Shown here piece by piece: positions 39,600 through 49,023 of a stretch of 64,000 bases of DNA. The stretch's first letter is position 1. Each line of letters begins with the position of its first letter. A model generated the notes under the pieces. The model ran no database searches and was not told the DNA's origin. It was given only the letters and a program-made list of their open reading frames with translations. Source of the stretch: a virus; IMG/VR virus record IMGVR_UViG_3300020051_000004, one strand, 5' to 3'. Both the position numbers and the translations under genes were made by a program.

Positions 39600-40751
39600 T
39601 TAGGAAATAATCTCTACAATCTCGTTCGTAAAAAAATCAAGCACGCTTTCATTTTCTGGCTGCTGAAGATATTCAAGAAGGTTATCGTAACCTTGAATCT
39701 TCTCTTGTAGTGTTAGTCCAGCCGATTGAGCCTTTTCTCTAATGTCGTCTGGAAACTTAAACCATGAGCCTGATTTTTCAACCATTTCGTAAGCGATCAT
39801 CATATCGCAAACCTCAAGGGACTTCCAGATACAATTGCCAGTTTTGCCTTTTTGAATTGGGTATTTTACTGTAATTCCAGAGACATCGTTTGCTGATTTT
39901 TTAATCGCAAGCTTCACCCATAAGCCTTTGATTTTGTTTTTAAATTGATCTGGCTGTTCCTTTGGCTTTTCAAGGATATAATCTCCATTATACCTAGGTT
40001 GAAACTCAAAAACATAATCCGACTGGTGTCCAATAGATGATCCACCACTGCTACTAGCTTGGCGAGGAACATTTGGCGCATATGGATCAATCTTGATTTC
40101 AGCGGCGTATTGCCCCGTGACAATAAGAAGAGCGTCATAATGAGCAATTGGAAGTGCTAAATGGCGGAACAATTCTTTTGTAAGCTTTGGAACGCCAGCT
40201 ACCTTTACTTCTCCATCCATATGTTTTTCTAAATCTTTCTTGAGAATAAGTCCATCCAAAGAATCAATAATAATGCAAATATTTTCGCCGCACTCATATC
40301 CTGATTTTAGTGTATCTACAATAATTTTTGCTACTGTTTCAAATACATTACAAGAAAGAACGAACACGGTTCCTTCAGTCCATTCATCAGGAGAATCTAC
40401 AAAATTAAGCCCAACTCTATGCTTCATTTCTTTAGAGAGCCGCCCCTCTGCTTTGACAAAAATCGTCTTGGATTTTGGCATCGCTTTCATGTAGTTTTCT
40501 GCCAAAACAAAGGATAAACTGGTCTTACCCTGCTCCGCCCCTTTTCCTACAAGGCGAATAACTTGACCAGAACGGATTTTGACAACCGAATCAAGAATAA
40601 TTGACCCACTAGAAATTGGCGTTCCTAATGGAATAATTGAGTTATAAATGTCGCCCGAGTAATTTTTATCTTGCATTAAAGACTTGAGAATGTCGGAAGA
40701 TGTTTGTTTTTTATCTTCTTTCGGTGGAAGGGTGCGTTTGATTGTGGCCAT
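39600..40751 (-). CDS. recA: RecA-like recombinase
   Basis: ISSGSIILD, atypical Walker A GKGAEQGKT, IIIDSLD, SSGG..I.H and KSGSWF. Confidence 0.8.
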   Translation of the reverse strand: MATIKRTLPPKEDKKQTSSDILKSLMQDKNYSGDIYNSIIPLGTPISSGSIILDSVVKIRSGQVIRLVGKGAEQGKTSLSFVLAENYMKAMPKSKTIFVKAEGRLSKEMKHRVGLNFVDSPDEWTEGTVFVLSCNVFETVAKIIVDTLKSGYECGENICIIIDSLDGLILKKDLEKHMDGEVKVAGVPKLTKELFRHLALPIAHYDALLIVTGQYAAEIKIDPYAPNVPRQASSSGGSSIGHQSDYVFEFQPRYNGDYILEKPKEQPDQFKNKIKGLWVKLAIKKSANDVSGITVKYPIQKGKTGNCIWKSLEVCDMMIAYEMVEKSGSWFKFPDDIREKAQSAGLTLQEKIQGYDNLLEYLQQPENESVLDFFTNEIVEIIS

Positions 40752-40762
40752 GTGTTTTAGTG

Positions 40763-41026
40763 TTATTCTGCTTTGAAGTAAGGATTATCCCATGAGCCGC
40801 TTTTACCAAGGGTATTAAGAAGCTCTTGTTCAGAAATCATATTTGCGGCGCAAAGTTTTTCTGTAATTAATTTTAAAAGATCAAGATAATTACCGCTATC
40901 TAAGTTTGCGCGACTTGAATCATAGTCAGATACATCGGTTACGCCATTAAGAGCATAATCAAGATAGCATCTAATTGATACAGGAGATTCAACTGAATTG
41001 TTTTTGTTATAGGCTACTTGGATCAT
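40763..41026 (-). CDS. Hypothetical protein
   Basis: 87 aa ORF in operon. Confidence 0.55.
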   Translation of the reverse strand: MIQVAYNKNNSVESPVSIRCYLDYALNGVTDVSDYDSSRANLDSGNYLDLLKLITEKLCAANMISEQELLNTLGKSGSWDNPYFKAE

Positions 41027-41027
41027 A

Positions 41028-41240
41028 TTACCTTTGTTCTATTTCGCTCCACGCGCAAAAGGTTTCCATCCAATATTCTGGGTATTGTTGTTTTTCTATC
41101 CTCTGTATTTTATTTATATTCTTGGCAAAATCTTCGCCGCCATTAAGAATCCTTGATACAAATTCTTCAACCGTTATTTTATGAGGGTAAAAAAGTTCAG
41201 TTGTGTCTTGTCTGATGGGTTTGTCGAAAAATGTTCTCAT
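41028..41240 (-). CDS. Hypothetical protein
   Basis: 70 aa ORF in operon. Confidence 0.55.
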   Translation of the reverse strand: MRTFFDKPIRQDTTELFYPHKITVEEFVSRILNGGEDFAKNINKIQRIEKQQYPEYWMETFCAWSEIEQR

Positions 41241-41596
41241 ATTAGTTCCCTCAGCGACAATTTCCTCTCCACTTTAACATCTTCGCCGAATTTTTCTGGC
41301 GATAGTTCAATGGTTTCTGGAATTTTTGGTTGGTAATTAAAGGCATAAAACTTGCGGGCCAATTCTGTTTCGCCCCACTCACTAGACAGTACGGCCAAAC
41401 TAGGCAACTTCTTTCCAAAATCAACGGTATTCAAGAACTCTAGCGAGAACTTTTCTTCAAGTCTCTTTAGCATAGTGAACTCGCGCATACTCCATTCTCG
41501 GATGTTTTGAGATGGTTTCTCAACAAGTCGTTCGAGCAACTTTGTTTTGTTGATCGGCGGCGGTTTTGGGGTTTTGATTTTTTTAGGGCGGGCCAT
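41237..41596 (-). CDS. Hypothetical protein
   Basis: Start at MARPKK preferred. Confidence 0.6.
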   Translation of the reverse strand: MARPKKIKTPKPPPINKTKLLERLVEKPSQNIREWSMREFTMLKRLEEKFSLEFLNTVDFGKKLPSLAVLSSEWGETELARKFYAFNYQPKIPETIELSPEKFGEDVKVERKLSLRELI

Positions 41597-41603
41597 ATTA
41601 TGT

Positions 41604-42182
41604 TCAGGCAAAAACTGGCCTATCGAAAAAATGATACATCCCAATATTAATCCAGTTTCGCACTTCAGCCATATTTAGAAATAATTCTTCATTGGTTTCA
41701 TGTTTACGATTTTCACAGTCAAAAGCCATTGGTTTAAGCCCTCCATTGGTAGAGCGAAACAAAAACAAGTAACTTCTTTGGCCGACTTTCATTTGTCCTA
41801 AAGTTTTTGACGACATTTCAAAACTAACTTCTTCTCCTTCTGGTAAGTATTCTGGGAACCTATGAACATTAAAAATTGTCAACCATTCTCCATCTACAAA
41901 CTCTGAACTAATAATTTCTTGAATGGATTCCGATTCGATATTCTTATAATCTCCAAGAATTTGGAAACGATTTTCTAGTTCTTCTATCTCCTCTTGAGCT
42001 AAATCAAAGGTAATGTAATGCTTGTTTTCAAGGGTGTAATCTGTTGCCATGATGGCAAACTTTGCTCCATGAGGCTGCAAAATAGAACATGTCACGAAAT
42101 ACTCTTTATCGGGGATTTCGTAGTGGCCTGTTGGTTTTACGGTTTTTAGATACCATTTTTCTTCAAATTGTTGTCGGGTCAT
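41604..42182 (-). CDS. Hypothetical protein
   Basis: 192 aa ORF. Confidence 0.65.
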   Translation of the reverse strand: MTRQQFEEKWYLKTVKPTGHYEIPDKEYFVTCSILQPHGAKFAIMATDYTLENKHYITFDLAQEEIEELENRFQILGDYKNIESESIQEIISSEFVDGEWLTIFNVHRFPEYLPEGEEVSFEMSSKTLGQMKVGQRSYLFLFRSTNGGLKPMAFDCENRKHETNEELFLNMAEVRNWINIGMYHFFDRPVFA

Positions 42183-42207
42183 AAGTTGTGTTATAAGTTG
42201 TGTTATA

Positions 42208-42399
42208 TTAGGGCGCGTCGTAAAACGGAATAATTTTGAGCCACATTAAAATTGGCATGATAAAAAGCACACAGCCGATTCCTCCTAGATAAAGGACTGC
42301 AAGCACCCAAATATAATCTCTGCTCTTGATTGAGAATTTGGTAATCGCAATCACATAATACAATGGAATAAAGGATAATAAAAATGATAAAACGGCCAT
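42208..42399 (-). CDS. Small membrane protein (two TM helices)
   Basis: Two long hydrophobic stretches. Confidence 0.55.
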   Translation of the reverse strand: MAVLSFLLSFIPLYYVIAITKFSIKSRDYIWVLAVLYLGGIGCVLFIMPILMWLKIIPFYDAP

Positions 42400-42400
42400 A

Positions 42401-42844
42401 TTAGTCTTCCCAAAGTTTAAATGTTTTTAGAATAGCCTCTTTACGGACGCTTATTTTCGCCGCAGCAGCTTTAATAAAATCATTACAAGTCCAATCAGAT
42501 TCCGTGTCTGAAAAATCTAAAATTTGCCTTAGAAAAAACCAGTAGAATGAGCTTTCGCCGCTTTCAATAATTTGTTTTTCTATGACATTAAGCATGTCAA
42601 TGTCTATGTGAGGGCAGCAGCTCCAGTCTTCATATTCTTCTGGTTCTGAAAATTCATAATCCTGTGGATACTCAGTATATGGCCAATTAATTTTGTCGAT
42701 AGCGATTCTTTGCATCGCTTCATCTTTTGATCTTAAAGATAAGTAGCCGTTTTGTCTTTCTTTGTCGGTGTAAAAACGCCATGCTTTTACGGGTTTGTAG
42801 CCAAGTAGTTTGTAAATGGCGATGTTTTGTTTTTCTATAGTCAT
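42401..42844 (-). CDS. Hypothetical protein
   Basis: 147 aa ORF. Confidence 0.6.
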   Translation of the reverse strand: MTIEKQNIAIYKLLGYKPVKAWRFYTDKERQNGYLSLRSKDEAMQRIAIDKINWPYTEYPQDYEFSEPEEYEDWSCCPHIDIDMLNVIEKQIIESGESSFYWFFLRQILDFSDTESDWTCNDFIKAAAAKISVRKEAILKTFKLWED

Positions 42845-42873
42845 GCCTTACTTTGACATAACAAAAGAACAAG

Positions 42874-43947
42874 TCAAGAATTATTTACGTCCCAATCGAC
42901 CATTTCGGCCAATAAATCTTCAAAGGTCTTTTTCGGAGTCCATCCGAGTTCGCGGCGAATTTTATTTGACGAGCCGAATAAGAAGTCCACGTCATGGAGC
43001 CTGAAGAACTCTGGATTTACAGACACTAAAATCTGAGATTTGATTCCGCCGATTTCATTGGTATAATTGTCAACAATGTATTTTTCCTCTAAGCCTTCTC
43101 CAACCCAAGAGCCAGAAACTCCAACAGCGGCGAAAGCTTTTTCTACAAACTCTCGAATTGTATGCGTGGCATTCTCAGATAACACATAAGGCTTCCAATC
43201 CTTGGGTTCTCCCTTTTGATTCGCAATAAGCCAAAGACCTTCTGCTACGTCTTTTGCATGTTGCCATGATCTTGATGAGTTTAAATTCCCAAGTTCAATC
43301 GGGGAGAACGGCTCTTTATTTTGAATGGCGCGAACAATTCTTCCTACTCCTTTTGTAATTTTGCGTGTAACGTATTTTTCGCCGCGAAGTTTTGATTCAA
43401 AGTTAAATGTCCATGGTTGGACGACATAGAGATTATAACTATTACGGTAAATGTCCACCATGTAACGAGCATAGCTTTTTGCGGCGGCGTAGGGTGATTT
43501 TGGAGAGATTTTTGTATCCTCGTCTTGAGAGCCATTAGGAGAATCCTCAAAAGTGCATCCTAACTCTTCACTTGTTCCAAGATTAACGAATCGGGCATTC
43601 GGGACATATTTCCTTACAGCCTCAAGAAAATGCACGACGGCTACTCCGTCATAAAGTGCATAGGCTAGGGGGCTTTTCCAACTTTCAGCGACATACGCTA
43701 ACGCAGCAGTGTTAAAAATATAATCTGGTAAATATTTCGCTATAACCGTTTCGATTGATGCACTATCAGCAAGATCAAGAATTTCAACTTCAACCTTAGA
43801 TTCGTCATAGATTTTAGGTTGCTTGTCGTAACTTTTTTGCCTGACCGTTCCAATGATTTTAAAATCAGGATAGTTTTCCTGAAAGAACTGAGCAAGATGT
43901 TGACCTAGTTGACCATTAATTCCAGAAATTAGAACGCTTTTAGACAT
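42874..43947 (-). CDS. gmd: GDP-mannose 4,6-dehydratase
   Basis: LISGINGQLG, TSEE, P.SPYAAAK, FN.ES..RG..YVTRKIT, LGNL...R.W.HAKD and LGW.P. Confidence 0.92.
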   Translation of the reverse strand: MSKSVLISGINGQLGQHLAQFFQENYPDFKIIGTVRQKSYDKQPKIYDESKVEVEILDLADSASIETVIAKYLPDYIFNTAALAYVAESWKSPLAYALYDGVAVVHFLEAVRKYVPNARFVNLGTSEELGCTFEDSPNGSQDEDTKISPKSPYAAAKSYARYMVDIYRNSYNLYVVQPWTFNFESKLRGEKYVTRKITKGVGRIVRAIQNKEPFSPIELGNLNSSRSWQHAKDVAEGLWLIANQKGEPKDWKPYVLSENATHTIREFVEKAFAAVGVSGSWVGEGLEEKYIVDNYTNEIGGIKSQILVSVNPEFFRLHDVDFLFGSSNKIRRELGWTPKKTFEDLLAEMVDWDVNNS

Positions 43948-43948
43948 A

Positions 43949-44995
43949 TCAGATATTAACATCTTTGTCCAAAACCCATCCGTAAAAATTCTCCTTATGT
44001 TGTTTTCTTATCCAATGATAGAATCTCCCTAAAACAAATTTATTTTGCCTGCAAAACTGAGAAATATTTTTAATTTTAATTCTTTCCCCGTCTGGAGAGA
44101 TTAGATTAATGCGTTTGCCGAGTCTTTCTAAATGAGATTTCCTTAAAAGGTCTTTATTTGGGCTTAGGGACCATCCATTAAATACTAAAGCTTTACCACT
44201 TATAAGGGAATAAAGACTACTTCTATAAAATCCATTTTCTTGACAGAATTTATATACATTATCCACAAATATTACTCTTCCGTCTTCATGGTAAAGAGTG
44301 GCTTTATGTTTCGGCCCATTATAATCCTCAATGGAAAGTGCTGAACCAAATCTTTTCCAACCTGTTTTTGAGATCACATCCTTTCTCATTATGGTATTTA
44401 CCACCTGTCTGCTTATACCCTCTTTTTCAAGAAAGAGATTAAATTCATCTGAATTCCTATCGAGAATTACAGATTCATTTGTGAAGATATTGTCTAATTT
44501 TACATACTTTTCAACAAAACTGATTTTTGATACATCAGTTCCTTTTAGAGCAAACCCCTGAGATGATTGATTTATTCCAGAAACCATGTTTAACATTGCT
44601 CCATAATTTAATCCTCTATCTCTACAAAATTGACTCAAGTTCTTAACTTTAATTTCGTTGCCGCTTTTATCTATTAAATCATATGTTTTTACGTGCGTCG
44701 GAAGTTTGGTGCTTTTACCACCAAAGATCAGATTATACCCATTTGGCATCATGCTATTATGCTCAAGTATGAATAATTTTTCTTTTTCAATTAACTCTTT
44801 CTTTGAAACCTCTCCTTCCCAAAGAATGGTTTTTTCAAAATTTTCAAGGCCATATTTTTTAACAGCGGATTTCAAATGAAGGCCATGTGTCCATTTCCAC
44901 CACTTTCCATGTCTATACCTCTCCTCAAAAGAGGCTTCGGTGCTTCCTATATAAGATTTATTATTAACTTTGTTTAAGATTCTGTAAATTTGCAT
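43949..44995 (-). CDS. GIY-YIG homing endonuclease with repeated C-terminal DNA-binding modules
   Basis: IY.I.N.VN.KSYIGST...R...E...GYN; repeated N(L/I/V)xxFCxxxG modules. Own GTGTAA motif upstream. Confidence 0.88.
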   Translation of the reverse strand: MQIYRILNKVNNKSYIGSTEASFEERYRHGKWWKWTHGLHLKSAVKKYGLENFEKTILWEGEVSKKELIEKEKLFILEHNSMMPNGYNLIFGGKSTKLPTHVKTYDLIDKSGNEIKVKNLSQFCRDRGLNYGAMLNMVSGINQSSQGFALKGTDVSKISFVEKYVKLDNIFTNESVILDRNSDEFNLFLEKEGISRQVVNTIMRKDVISKTGWKRFGSALSIEDYNGPKHKATLYHEDGRVIFVDNVYKFCQENGFYRSSLYSLISGKALVFNGWSLSPNKDLLRKSHLERLGKRINLISPDGERIKIKNISQFCRQNKFVLGRFYHWIRKQHKENFYGWVLDKDVNI

Positions 44996-45049
44996 AGAGC
45001 GTATTGTATCTCTATGATTATTACACTAAATCTTTAAGAGTGTTAGGTT

Positions 45050-45400
45050 TTAATACCCAATCTTTTGCTCTTTTAATTCGCCGTTGAAGAATTTTTCTTG
45101 GATTTTTTTCTTAGCCAAGTAGCGTTTGTAGTTCAAATAATCAACTGCCGAGGCTGGAATTTCGTCAGTTTTGGCCATGTCCACTGCTTCAAATATTTTC
45201 TCGTTTGTTTCCACCAGCTCGTCAAACTCATTTGAGTCGATAACGTCTGAAAACTTTTCGAGTGTTATTTGATCTTTGATTTCGTTAGCAAGGTCGAAGT
45301 AGTTTTGGTAGCTTTGTTCGCTAGGTTTTTTGCGGCTCTTTACTAGGGAAATAGCTAACATGTCTAAGGCGTAACCCTCATCAACGGAGATTTTAATCAT
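45050..45400 (-). CDS. Hypothetical protein of the glycosylation cluster
   Basis: 116 aa helical ORF (IS.DEG...D...I...K...N..R...K..I...EQK.Y). Confidence 0.65.
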   Translation of the reverse strand: MIKISVDEGYALDMLAISLVKSRKKPSEQSYQNYFDLANEIKDQITLEKFSDVIDSNEFDELVETNEKIFEAVDMAKTDEIPASAVDYLNYKRYLAKKKIQEKFFNGELKEQKIGY

Positions 45401-45512
45401 ACTTTTTGTGCCAAAATGTTGTATTCGCCGCTTCTAGACAAAGAATATCCGAGCGAGTAGAGTTTTTCTGTTAGTCTCTTGTGTTTTTCGCCAACAGAGA
45501 AAGTATCGTCTG

Positions 45513-45720
45513 AATGAGTGTACTCGTATTCATTGACATACTCCCCGCCGTAAACGACGGGGATTCTCTCATCGCTGAGAGGATTTCCTGCTTCGTTGCG
45601 GACTGCCCCGAAGAACGTAGTTCTTCGCTGGTCTTTCGTCTGCTCCACAGGCAAATGGCACCGCTTGTCCAGCGGCGAGGATATTCTTGGCGGCGTTGAT
45701 GTCTCGGTCATGTGTAGCCC
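45513..45720 (-). ncRNA. Predicted TnpB omega/reRNA (scaffold plus guide)
   Basis: Established IS605 architecture: scaffold overlaps the tnpB 3' end and right end; guide would be the flank TGAATACGAGTACACTCATT. 5' limit approximate. Confidence 0.6.
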
Positions 45721-46841
45721 CACATTCGCATGTCCACTTCCGCATGTCAAGCGAAAGATTCTTTTTTCTTCCACAACATGAGCACGTTTTGCTCGTTGGC
45801 CAGAATCGGTCAACGATTAGCAGTTCGCGCCCACTCCACTTAGCCTTGTATTCGAGCATAGTTCGGAAGTCACGCCAACCCTGCTCGCTGATACAGCGAG
45901 AAAGTTTGCGGTTCTTAACCATGTTTTTAACGGCCAAGTCCTCTAGCGCAATCGTTTGGTTTTCACGAATGAGCTTAGTGGATAGCTTGTGGAGAAAATC
46001 TTTTCGCGTGTCAGCAATGTGTTGGTGAAGGCGTGCCGCTTTAACGCGAGCCTTTTCACGGTTCTTGGAACCTTTTTGCTTGCGAGAATGCAGCTTTTGC
46101 AAGCGTGCTAGCTTTTTGCGCAACTTACGAATGCGCTTGGGCTGTCCAAACTTTTGACCATCGCTGGTTGACGCAAAAGTTTCAATTCCTAAGTCAACGC
46201 CAATCTTTTTGTTGGAATAAGGAAGTTTCGCGATTTCTTCGTCGCAAAGAAAACTCGCAAACCATTGACCCGCAGCGTTTTGCGAAACAACGCATTGACT
46301 AGGCTCACCAGAAAGCTTGCGCGACCAAACAACTTTGAGGGGCGTTTTGATTTTCGCAAGAAAAAGATTGTCGCCCTCAATTCGGAAGGCGTTGTCTAAA
46401 AATCGGGCCGACCCACCGTTTTTGCGACTCTTAAACGATGGATAACCGCCACGTTTCTTGAAAAAGTTGACGAACGCAACGTCTAAATTTCTTAACGATT
46501 GTTGTAGGCAAACACTAGACACTTCATTGAGCCACTCACGTTCGGGCGTTTCTTTTAGTTCCGTCAAACCTTTTGACGTGGCGTTATACGAAACACTTTT
46601 CTTTTGCGTTACCCAAGCCTCACGCTTTTGGGCGAGCGCCCAATTATACACAAATCTGCACGATCCAATTGTCTTACGCAGAACAGTTTCCTGTTCGGGC
46701 GACGGATAGATTCGGAATTTGTATGCGCGATGCGTCATCAAAGAGTATTACACTTAATTTAGAAAAAACTATCGTTATTCTTTAAATAATGCGAAAATTC
46801 ATCCTCTACCTAAAGGAAGAGGTTTTCTTTTCGTCACCTCA
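45533..46841 (-). mobile_element. IS200/IS605-family, TnpB-only (IS1341-type) insertion, ~1309 bp
   Basis: Inserted 3' of TTTAT. Left-end hairpin CCTCTTCC-TTTA-GGTAGAGG; right-end hairpin CCCCGTCG-TTTA-CGGCGGGG ending TCAA; no tnpA. Boundaries ambiguous by up to 3 nt. Confidence 0.88.
45569..46741 (-). CDS. tnpB: RNA-guided endonuclease TnpB
   Basis: AYKFRIYP, RFVYNWAL, RuvC GVDLG / EDL / DRDINAAKNI and Zn ribbon TSKTCSCCG...CECG. Confidence 0.95.
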   Translation of the reverse strand: MMTHRAYKFRIYPSPEQETVLRKTIGSCRFVYNWALAQKREAWVTQKKSVSYNATSKGLTELKETPEREWLNEVSSVCLQQSLRNLDVAFVNFFKKRGGYPSFKSRKNGGSARFLDNAFRIEGDNLFLAKIKTPLKVVWSRKLSGEPSQCVVSQNAAGQWFASFLCDEEIAKLPYSNKKIGVDLGIETFASTSDGQKFGQPKRIRKLRKKLARLQKLHSRKQKGSKNREKARVKAARLHQHIADTRKDFLHKLSTKLIRENQTIALEDLAVKNMVKNRKLSRCISEQGWRDFRTMLEYKAKWSGRELLIVDRFWPTSKTCSCCGRKKNLSLDMRKWTCECGATHDRDINAAKNILAAGQAVPFACGADERPAKNYVLRGSPQRSRKSSQR

Positions 46842-47271
46842 ATAAAAGGGATTTCGCGCCCATTAAAATCCAGTGCTAGCAACACATCCACATCCCAACC
46901 CTCCATGTCAATATAAAGGCGGTCAATTTTTTGAAGGCCCAAAGAGTTAAATAGACTATTAATATCTACCAACGGCGAATAAAAAGCCTTCACCTTTTGA
47001 TGACGATGCTGGAAAACATGCTCTAAACTTGCCGAGGCATGAACCGAACCGCTTTCATCTTCTGGAAAGTAAAAAGGAACGACGCCCGAACAAATTCCAA
47101 CCGCCGAAACAACTGGAATTAATTTTGGCCCTAAAGAAGAGTAAACTGTTTTGGCCGCTTCAATGGCTTTTGGTAGAGCGTCAATTACAATAAATTTGTT
47201 GATGTTTTCTGCGTTTTTAAGAACGTAGTCTTTTACTTGATCTTGGCAGTCGTTGCAGCCGATTTGAAGGA

Positions 47272-47961
47272 TTATTTGGTCCATGTGTAGTGTTTAATTG
47301 TTGCGTGGTCATAAGTCCATTCAGAGCTATCGAATAGCGGCCCATCTTCAGGTTGGTAGCATTCCACCAAACATCCAAGGGCAACAGCCAAATGATATAA
47401 CCCTGTGTTCGCTGTGGATACCCTTCCTGCTTGCCGCATAAGACAAATGAGCTTTGGTAGCTCTAAATCATTTAAAGTCGCGCAATCCCATTTTTGCTCG
47501 TTGTTCTGGATAATAATAGGCGTTTGATTTTTTAATTTCGCGCCAGAAAGAATTTCTTGAACAATGTCAAAAGGTAAGTCTCGGACTTCGCTCCATTTCT
47601 TTGAGACAAAAGGGCACACTAAAACAGGATTAGGTTTATCCCGAAGGTAATTTGCAGCCCAAATTTCTGAGCTTTCGTCAGAGTATAAACATAATGGCCT
47701 AATGTCTGCAAACTCTGCGCTGTAACCAATAATTCCTCGCAGCTTGCGTCTTGCGTAGTGCCCGCTACCATAATCATTCAGTGGTTGCAAATCTTTTCGC
47801 TCGCAGATTTCTACATCCGCTAATCCTTCAAACAAAACGGAGAATCTTTCTTGCTCCTTGAGAAGCTGAACAGTGAATTTTTTGGGCGCGAATTTTGCCA
47901 CTGATGACAGGAGGAGCACATCCCCGAGGCCCATTGAGTCTGGCGAAGAGGAGATTTTCAT
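47272..47961 (-). CDS. Glycosyltransferase family 9 (heptosyltransferase-like)
   Basis: GLGDVLL N-terminus and ANTGLYHLAVALG motif. Confidence 0.8.
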   Translation of the reverse strand: MKISSSPDSMGLGDVLLLSSVAKFAPKKFTVQLLKEQERFSVLFEGLADVEICERKDLQPLNDYGSGHYARRKLRGIIGYSAEFADIRPLCLYSDESSEIWAANYLRDKPNPVLVCPFVSKKWSEVRDLPFDIVQEILSGAKLKNQTPIIIQNNEQKWDCATLNDLELPKLICLMRQAGRVSTANTGLYHLAVALGCLVECYQPEDGPLFDSSEWTYDHATIKHYTWTK

Positions 47962-48140
47962 GCCAGCAAATCTATCGCCGCATCAGCAGCATCCAACCAG
48001 CCTTTTACTTGTTTTTCTTTGGTTGGGTCGTCGTGGAAATCTTTCCAAATGGGGAGAGGGTCGCCATTATAAGCTCTGCCTCCTACCGATTGGCAATAGG
48101 CGGTATAAAGGCGCTCTGCTACTGTGTAGGTATCAATCAT
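47958..48140 (-). CDS. Hypothetical protein
   Basis: 60 aa, ATGA overlaps on both sides. Confidence 0.65.
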   Translation of the reverse strand: MIDTYTVAERLYTAYCQSVGGRAYNGDPLPIWKDFHDDPTKEKQVKGWLDAADAAIDLLA

Positions 48141-48910
48141 GATAATCTTAGGTTATGGGGTTTGTATTCGTAGTGGTCAAAGGAGTCGAGAGAATCATGC
48201 AGGACATGGGCGGGTTTTCGACCTCCTCCTGTAGTGAGCCAGTGTTCATTCCAAAAAGCGGCCCCCCTATTTAAACGAGAGTCAAGATGAAGGTAGCCTT
48301 CGTGGATCAAATACGGTACGTTGCCCGCTTCCAAATCTTGCATATTATTTGGCATTCCAATGGAAAAAACCATATCTCCATTTTCATCAATTACTTCAGT
48401 GCCATCAGAAATTTGAGTATTGGCTGTTCCGTCAGGATTTCGTGCCTGATTAGAGATTCCGCGATAAACGCCTTTTTTTGTAATATTACCTTTCAAATTG
48501 CAGGCTTTATAGTGACCTTCGTCTCTAAAAAGATCAACAGATGGAATCGCTAGACATCTAGCAGGCGAAAATTTAAACTGAAACAAGTAATTGTCTAAGA
48601 TTGGCCTCATCCATTTTTGAATGTATTCATCACCATCTACAAGCATTTGAAATTCATGAGAGCACGCCTGTTGGGCTGCGTTTTTAATTTGTCCATCCAT
48701 TGGAGCCGCTTTAGGAAAACTTGTGTGAATTATTTTGCAATTTTTATATGGGGCTAAAACTTTTTCAACCTCTTCAATCGTATTATCAGTAGATGTATTA
48801 ATCGCCACTACAAGCTCATCACCAAAAATAGCGGAATTTGTTAATGACTTTTGCCATCCGCGAATATCGTGAGAAATAACATTAAATAAGGGAGTAAAGA
48901 TACTTAGCAT
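48137..48910 (-). CDS. Glycosyltransferase family 2-like
   Basis: LSIF, DELVVA...STDNT, KNAA...C and VDGDE (DxD) motifs. Confidence 0.8.
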   Translation of the reverse strand: MLSIFTPLFNVISHDIRGWQKSLTNSAIFGDELVVAINTSTDNTIEEVEKVLAPYKNCKIIHTSFPKAAPMDGQIKNAAQQACSHEFQMLVDGDEYIQKWMRPILDNYLFQFKFSPARCLAIPSVDLFRDEGHYKACNLKGNITKKGVYRGISNQARNPDGTANTQISDGTEVIDENGDMVFSIGMPNNMQDLEAGNVPYLIHEGYLHLDSRLNRGAAFWNEHWLTTGGGRKPAHVLHDSLDSFDHYEYKPHNLRLS

Positions 48911-49023
48911 AATTTTAAATATTAATGTCTCGAAGTTTAAAAATAGTTTCAAACTTTTCCTTTTCTTTTTCTTCTCAATGGTTCCATATCTCCTATATTA
49001 ACGGAGATATGGAAAAAAATCTG

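Larger units (their letters stand above)
45397..47284 (-). pseudogene. FkbM-family methyltransferase interrupted by the TnpB element
   Basis: N-part 46842-47284 (LQIGCN, IDA.P, ID.LYIDMEGWD) and C-part 45397-45532 rejoin in frame as PFIEYEYTHSD when the IS is removed. Confidence 0.85.

Noticed and set aside
42180-42207. 12 bp tandem duplication (ATAAGTTGTGTT x2)
   Set aside because: Only two copies in a leader region; most likely slippage.
45397-45813. 138 aa ORF as an independent gene
   Set aside because: It is the FkbM C-terminal remnant read back through the IS right end in an alternative frame of tnpB.
45533-46841. IStron (self-splicing IS) that would keep FkbM functional
   Set aside because: Only about 100 nt lie between the left end and tnpB, too short for a group I intron core.
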